From NCBI GenBank assembly GCA_029953675.1, contig JAMWBK010000006.1, positions 2,108,001-2,172,000 of the forward strand: a DNA stretch of 64,000 nucleotides. The letters are read 5' to 3'. Each line of letters starts with the position of its first letter. The stretch's first letter is position 1. Shown here one piece after another: positions 58,818-64,000 of this stretch. The position numbers and the translations under genes are program-made. The stretch is from Rhodosorus marinus CCMP1338 (taxonomy: Eukaryota; Plantae; Rhodophyta). Under the pieces are notes generated by a model. The model did not search any database and had not been told where the DNA came from. It was given only the letters and a program-made list of their open reading frames with translations.

Positions 58818-59982
58818 CCGTAAGGATTATCACTGAAGGCGTGTGCATGTTGAGAACCTACTTTTGGCAAGCATAAGAAAACTATTTCAACATATGATAA
58901 AAATCTTTCGACTTTCAGATTCCACCCTTCTGACTATTTGCAGTTTAAGCACCACGACTTATTTCTAGACAAGCCGTCAGGCAAATCCAGTCTCCTCCAA
59001 ACTGGCTGCAGCTTATCGGTAAGAAGAGCATATGCCCACGGTTTAAATCTGGGAGATAAAACAGCACAATTTAGTGACCAGATCTGTAGGAGCTTCCTGC
59101 AGCGAAAGGGACGGAGAATAGTTGCGGGGGGAAGCGGGCGGGGTGGAGAACGCTATTGTGCGATTCGACTTTGCAGAGCAAGGGGAGGAGTGAAGAGGGT
59201 CTTCGTCAACGAATGGGTAAAAAAGGATGAGAGTACATCCCAGCGGGCGACTTATAGAGTGCGTGCTACTTCGGAACGCAGGGGCTCGATCCGCTTATAC
59301 CGGAAGAGGCCCTGCGATGTCCGAATCGCTGTCAATGGCTGACTCCCTTTTCTAGGCTCAGAGAGCTGATCTATCGCGCTTTTGATTGCGATTTGGGCAC
59401 CTGTGGCCTGTACATTGCACGCGGATGCTGCAAGAGAGCTGAACCTGGAAAAAGGACTTTCTGACCCCCTTAACCAGTCCAGCATATGAAGATTCATCTA
59501 CAAGGACACGATCCTGGTGTAGAAAGTCCTCAGTACATCAATAACCCACGGCGACATGCTTCGATATCAACTCGAAGTAGAATCCACATAGTCGCCTTCT
59601 GAAAAATCTGAAACGGCGGAATGCGTTGAAACAAAAGGGAAGATATACTCTTTGCTCATGAACCTGGTCCACGGCTTCGAACTCACGTTCAATCCCCACC
59701 GGCATACGCTTCGATTTCACAAAACTCGAAGTGGGATCCACAAAGTCGCCTTTTCAAGTTATGAAATGGCGCAAAAAAAAGAATGTATTGAAACTGAGCT
59801 CTTTGAAGCTTCCTGGGCAGGTAGTCTCACCTCAAAGAGCATCTGTAGTTTCCCATTCAGGCTAGTTTTCTTGTCTCTTTGCGATACCAAATCGTCGCAA
59901 GGCGACAACCAAATGGATAGATAGTATTCATCTTATCCTTTACAGCATCTATTAATTCAAGAGAATTTCCTACGTAATATAT

Positions 59983-61455
59983 TTAGTTCAGCTTTGATCT
60001 CCGTATGGATTCCGTCCTCAACTCCCGCATCACCGCGACCGTGTCCTTGCTAATTAAACCGTCGAGAATAAACCCTGGAATGGGTATGGAAGGCTTAAAC
60101 TCAAGTCGTAAATGCAAAATACTGCCTTTGGGATTCTCAGGGTCCTTCTCAGCAGACCAGTCGCAAGTGTACATCAAAAGCAGCTTCGATTCCAGAAGAA
60201 CGGTCTTCACCTCGAGCAGCTTATGGTCCACATGAGCCTCCAGAATCATTGGGTCCAGCTTCTTGAAGGTGAAGAAGTGATGCTTCTGGACAAGCTGGAT
60301 TAAAAAGTCGTTGTCGGCTACTGTATATTTGTTGTTCTGCGTCTTGTCCAGTATTTGAGAAAAGTCTATCTTTCCAGTGTAAGTATAGAGCCTATCCCAG
60401 TCCCTAAACGTGAAAATAAATTAACAACAGAGGTCAGCGGATGTTTTCCGATCAGCTACTTGATCGCAAGAATGACGCTCTTCAACCTACTTCACTACTT
60501 CGAAAGGCAGTTCCGCTCTTGTCGGGACGGAGACAGAAGAATCTACAATTCGAACACCACCCTTGACCTTCTTACATTTCGTTGAAACTGGTGCCCTGTC
60601 AGAGCTGGTATCTGGCGATGTTGGACCCGCGGTTATGAAGAACATGTTGGAGTCGTTCGGCGTCGTTTCCTTCGAGAGAGAAAGCTCCCCGGAGCTTGAG
60701 ACGGAGATGTATCCTTTGGGACAACTCAAGGCGTTGTAGTCGTTCACGTTTTCGACCTTGAACCACCCGAGTTTGCCCAAGGCAAGATCCGAGTTGGAAG
60801 TTCCGGTAAGAACCCGTCCGTTTCCTGCCAGAAATGAGGCCAAGCCAGTGAACGGGTTGTACTCCATGTACAGCATATCCTGTTCAGTTATCAATTCCTG
60901 CCTGGAACCATACTCCACTTTGCCACCCCTATATGCAACAAACCCAGGTTTCTTAGCCGATCGGAGCACCACGCATCTCCTCGGTTTTCTCGATTTCCAT
61001 CCCAACGCATGCAGAATCAGAACGGCCGAGCCTCCCTTTGCCTTTCTGGGTTCCGCACTGACCTTGCCATCCTCCTGAATTCTTAAATATCGACCATTTT
61101 TCCAGCTTTTCAGTTTCATTTCCCCTCCCCTGAATCCTTCCACTTCCCACAGAGCCAATTCAGACCTATCATCCTCCATGGACACCTCCCCATCCCGGAC
61201 GACAGTCAGATACTGGCCTCCATCTACTGCCTCAAAGCTCACCGCAGGGACGCGCGGATCCTCCGCCATCCGGAAGATCTCGTCATCCCTCTCCTTCTTG
61301 GGATCATCCCTCCTCGCAATAACTCCATTTCCACTCTTACAAACAACAAACCCATCTCCAGATCGAATCCTCACTGGACTCCAGCTTCCTTCATTCGATC
61401 CGCCTCCGAAACGAAACCCAGTCCATTTCTCAAATACTCTAAAGAAAGCCTCCAT
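59983..61455 (-). CDS. Fascin-like beta-trefoil plus C-terminal SRPBCC/polyketide-cyclase-like domain protein
   Basis: Repeats of the type VSFEAVDGGQYLTV, MKLKSWKNGRYLRI, ASFLAGNGRVLT, ALSCPKGYISV are fascin-type. After the intron (VVK|DWDRLYTYTGKIDFSQIL...ILHLRLEFKPSIPIPGFILDGLISKD...MRELR) the sequence is helix-grip type. Confidence 0.65.
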
Positions 61456-62594
61456 CTTCCAAACTCCAACAAACCCTAGCCAGTAAATCCGGCCGACCCA
61501 CACTAAAAAAAACTCCTTCACTGAAGTCCCATTCCAAAACCCTATTAACCTCTGCCCCGAAATAGAGTCTAGCCTGTCGACGCAGGCACTGGTAAACGAG
61601 TCTACCTCCTTACTCTATAATGTCCCTCTGAGCAAAGCGATGAATCACCCGATCCGACCCCTATTGCAAGCCATGACAAATACCACTGGATGATGGTGAG
61701 GGAGGTCAGCGGGAGAAACCTGGACCAGTTCACGCGCTTTTCAAGAAACTAGAGTGTATGGCGAGTCCATTTATGATGAATGTGATCTCGATGGAGGTCA
61801 ATCGCCGTCGAATTTGCTGGGCTGTGGAAAGCTGTTCGTGCAAGTCCAACGACAGCTACGCTCATTTTCCGAACGCCCTGAGATAACGGGTTTGGCGTAT
61901 TGGTCTGCGTGAGAGCAGGCTTCTGCTTTACTTTTTTTTTCACTCATTCACCCAATGGACCTCTCAGTGGTTTGCTTCTTCCTCAAGCAACACTTGCAGG
62001 GTCTTCATCCCGGTTTGTCGTCCTCGGATTTACTCGTTAAATTCATTCACATGTAGGCTACTTCGAAAGCTTTCCGAAGAGGAGTACCAGCTATATAGAT
62101 CAAGTGCCTGCTCATATGGATGGCCACATCCAGACCCCGTTGAGCAGCTGCGCGTGCTCTGATGCCTCTTCGATGCACTTCTCCACGAAAGACAACAACG
62201 AAGTAGTCAAGTTCCAAGGCCTAGCTTTGGCACTGACCCGTTCCGGAAAGGAGTACGGACAGTCCTCTGACCCCTTGCTCGTCGACGGGTCCCATTGACC
62301 TGGTGCTTCACAGAGTATGTCACAGGTGACGAACTCCCGGAGTCTTCTTGGCGACTAGATGCTCGCCCGAAACCGAACCGAAGGAAACCTCTTGATTCTG
62401 TTTGTCGTTTCGGCACAATTCCAGTCTGAGATTGCCTCAAGACAATGCGCAGCCATGAACTCGCACATAGCTTGGTCGCAAGAGCTTCAAGCGTCATAGC
62501 AGGCTTGGCCCAAGACAAGTCCCATCCTCTCACTCCTCTGATTTATCAGCTAGTGCAAACGTCTCGTTAGGGATTCGTTCACGCTTCGATTACT

Positions 62595-63862
62595 TCACAG
62601 GCTTTTCTGGGACTTCATTTGCCGAAACCGAGCAGCGGCACAGCTCTGATAATCCAGAGGCGATGAGCAGCTCTCAACCAGCTCCAACTCAACTGCTACA
62701 GCCTTCAAACAAGCCTGGACTCTATCCATCCCTCCTTCGGTCAAGAACTCCGCAAAGCGCTCGGCGATTGCCTGTCTTCTCTTCAAATCAATAGCAACCA
62801 CGAACGTGCAGAGCGTCAGTGGTTTTGGACCAGGGATGCAGGGCAGCTAGAGCACTGCTAGAGTCACTTTGGTATCCAAACCGTACATACCTTCCATGGG
62901 ACGGGGGAGTTTTGGCGCAAGTCAACAATTGGGACAATCTTGCCTTCATCACTCTTCCGAACACCGGCGATCTGCCCACTGGTCTGCACACAAGTTCACA
63001 TGCGTTTTGAGTGTTCCTTCGGCTTCTCTTGATCCTTGCGGGTTGTCTATCTATTAATTACAGCTCTTTTTGTTTCTGGTACCTCAGCGCTCTCTGGGTT
63101 TGGCGATACCGAACTCGTCCGAGTTTGAGAATCGGCAACCGTAGTGCTTCCTTCTGTTGATGTGTTCTTCGGAGTCGCTTCCTCTGTGACGTGGACCAGT
63201 TCAATGTCCACTTGTGCTTGTTGAGGATTGTCAGATTGTTGCTGCGGAGAATCCGGCTTGGCCTCGGGGTCTCCTCGGTTTTCCACCGGCTCATGTAATT
63301 TGTCTTGGCGTGCGTTGGGGAAGACTTCAGCGGACGGAGGATTAGACGCCACAGAGGGCACCCCCTGTTGGTCTCCAGTTGGTGTTTCGTGCTTGTCATC
63401 CGCAACAGGATTGTCGCTTTGTATATCTGTTTTGATATCCTGTTCCACTGCCTTGCTGTGATCTTGATCTTCTTCATCAGTGGAGATTCTCGCTGTGGTC
63501 GAATGTAGAAAAAAAACACGACCTCTGAGCAAAAAGTGAGCCACATGTGATGACCAAGATCTTCGCTTGCGCTTACGTTTCTTGGCAAGAGCTTGCGCGT
63601 CCCTATCGTCCAATTCTGTACTGTCAGCTGTCCTCTTCTGTGAGGTTGAATCCTCCACCACCTGTGCTTCGCTTTTACCGTCCTTGTCGACGTCCATTCC
63701 GACAGTTTCACTCAGCGCAGCAGATTTCGCCACTGGCGGACCCTCAGGAGCGACAGATGGCGATGGTAGATTTGGATCTTCTTGCGGACGCTTTTCATGG
63801 TCTTGTCTTTCAGCTGTACCATCTTGGTCAACAGCTTCGGGCTGCAGAGTTCGATCATCCAT
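62595..63862 (-). CDS. Low-complexity acidic nuclear protein with a basic NLS and a small C-terminal helical domain (KIX-like?)
   Basis: KKRKRKRR NLS. Splicing AKRA|TSGQ...SPVPWK|RRQAIAERFAEFL...AVELELV...DYQSCAAARFRQMKSQ uses canonical sites in matching phase. The 5' end may extend beyond the window. Confidence 0.5.
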
Positions 63863-64000
63863 CGTCCTCTTCGGGGGCTTTTGAGGTCGTCTGTCCTTTG
63901 GATTCTTCTCAAGCAGAGTGGGAAAACTCAAACATGTAAGTTCATACGTAGGTTACCGCTTAGGTCGCTTCAGGGAGGATAGGTAGCAATCAAACATACC

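Noticed and set aside
59050-59950. Gene-like sequence between the DUF442 and fascin-fusion genes
   Set aside because: Protein-like fragments exist, but I could not find a phase-consistent model or a recognisable domain.
2274-63982. Most 60-170 aa ORFs in the supplied track that overlap identified genes on the opposite strand or in another frame
   Set aside because: They are antisense or alternative-frame shadows of real coding exons, or read-through into introns, with no independent motifs.

Overview
Gene-dense eukaryotic nuclear DNA, almost certainly from a red alga. Evidence: an Lhcr-type antenna gene, plastid transit peptides that start M-x(0-2)-F, a THAQKYF 1R-Myb, and mostly 60-120 nt GT-AG introns with CTAAC/CTGAC/CTAAT branch points. 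The species cannot be determined from sequence alone. About 27 spliced or single-exon genes can be reconstructed by hand: IMP-like peptidase, NAD-IDH regulatory subunit, PGM3, ZIP transporter, cis-prenyltransferase, NAPRT, ADA3, lumenal FKBP, FabZ, MBF1, NDUFS6, Lhcr, calmodulin-like, Myb, TruA, mL53, CDC50, HdeD-like, YqgF-like, HVA22/REEP, a NUMOD3-like protein, TMBIM/lifeguard, a histidine-phosphatase-like protein, DUF442, a fascin+SRPBCC fusion, a low-complexity nuclear protein and a 98-aa microprotein. There is also one internally deleted Ty3/gypsy chromovirus. The most unusual observations are: (1) the 98-aa spliced protein missed by the ORF track, carrying a KEN box, a D-box and an IR tail like APC/C inhibitors; (2) a ~150-nt element present twice near NDUFS6, once inside its oversized intron, with apparent compensatory base changes; (3) a ~1.15-kb array of ~150-bp units, each with a 15-bp dyad that survives a compensatory double substitution. 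All family assignments are from recalled motifs, not database searches, and all exon boundaries are manual predictions.
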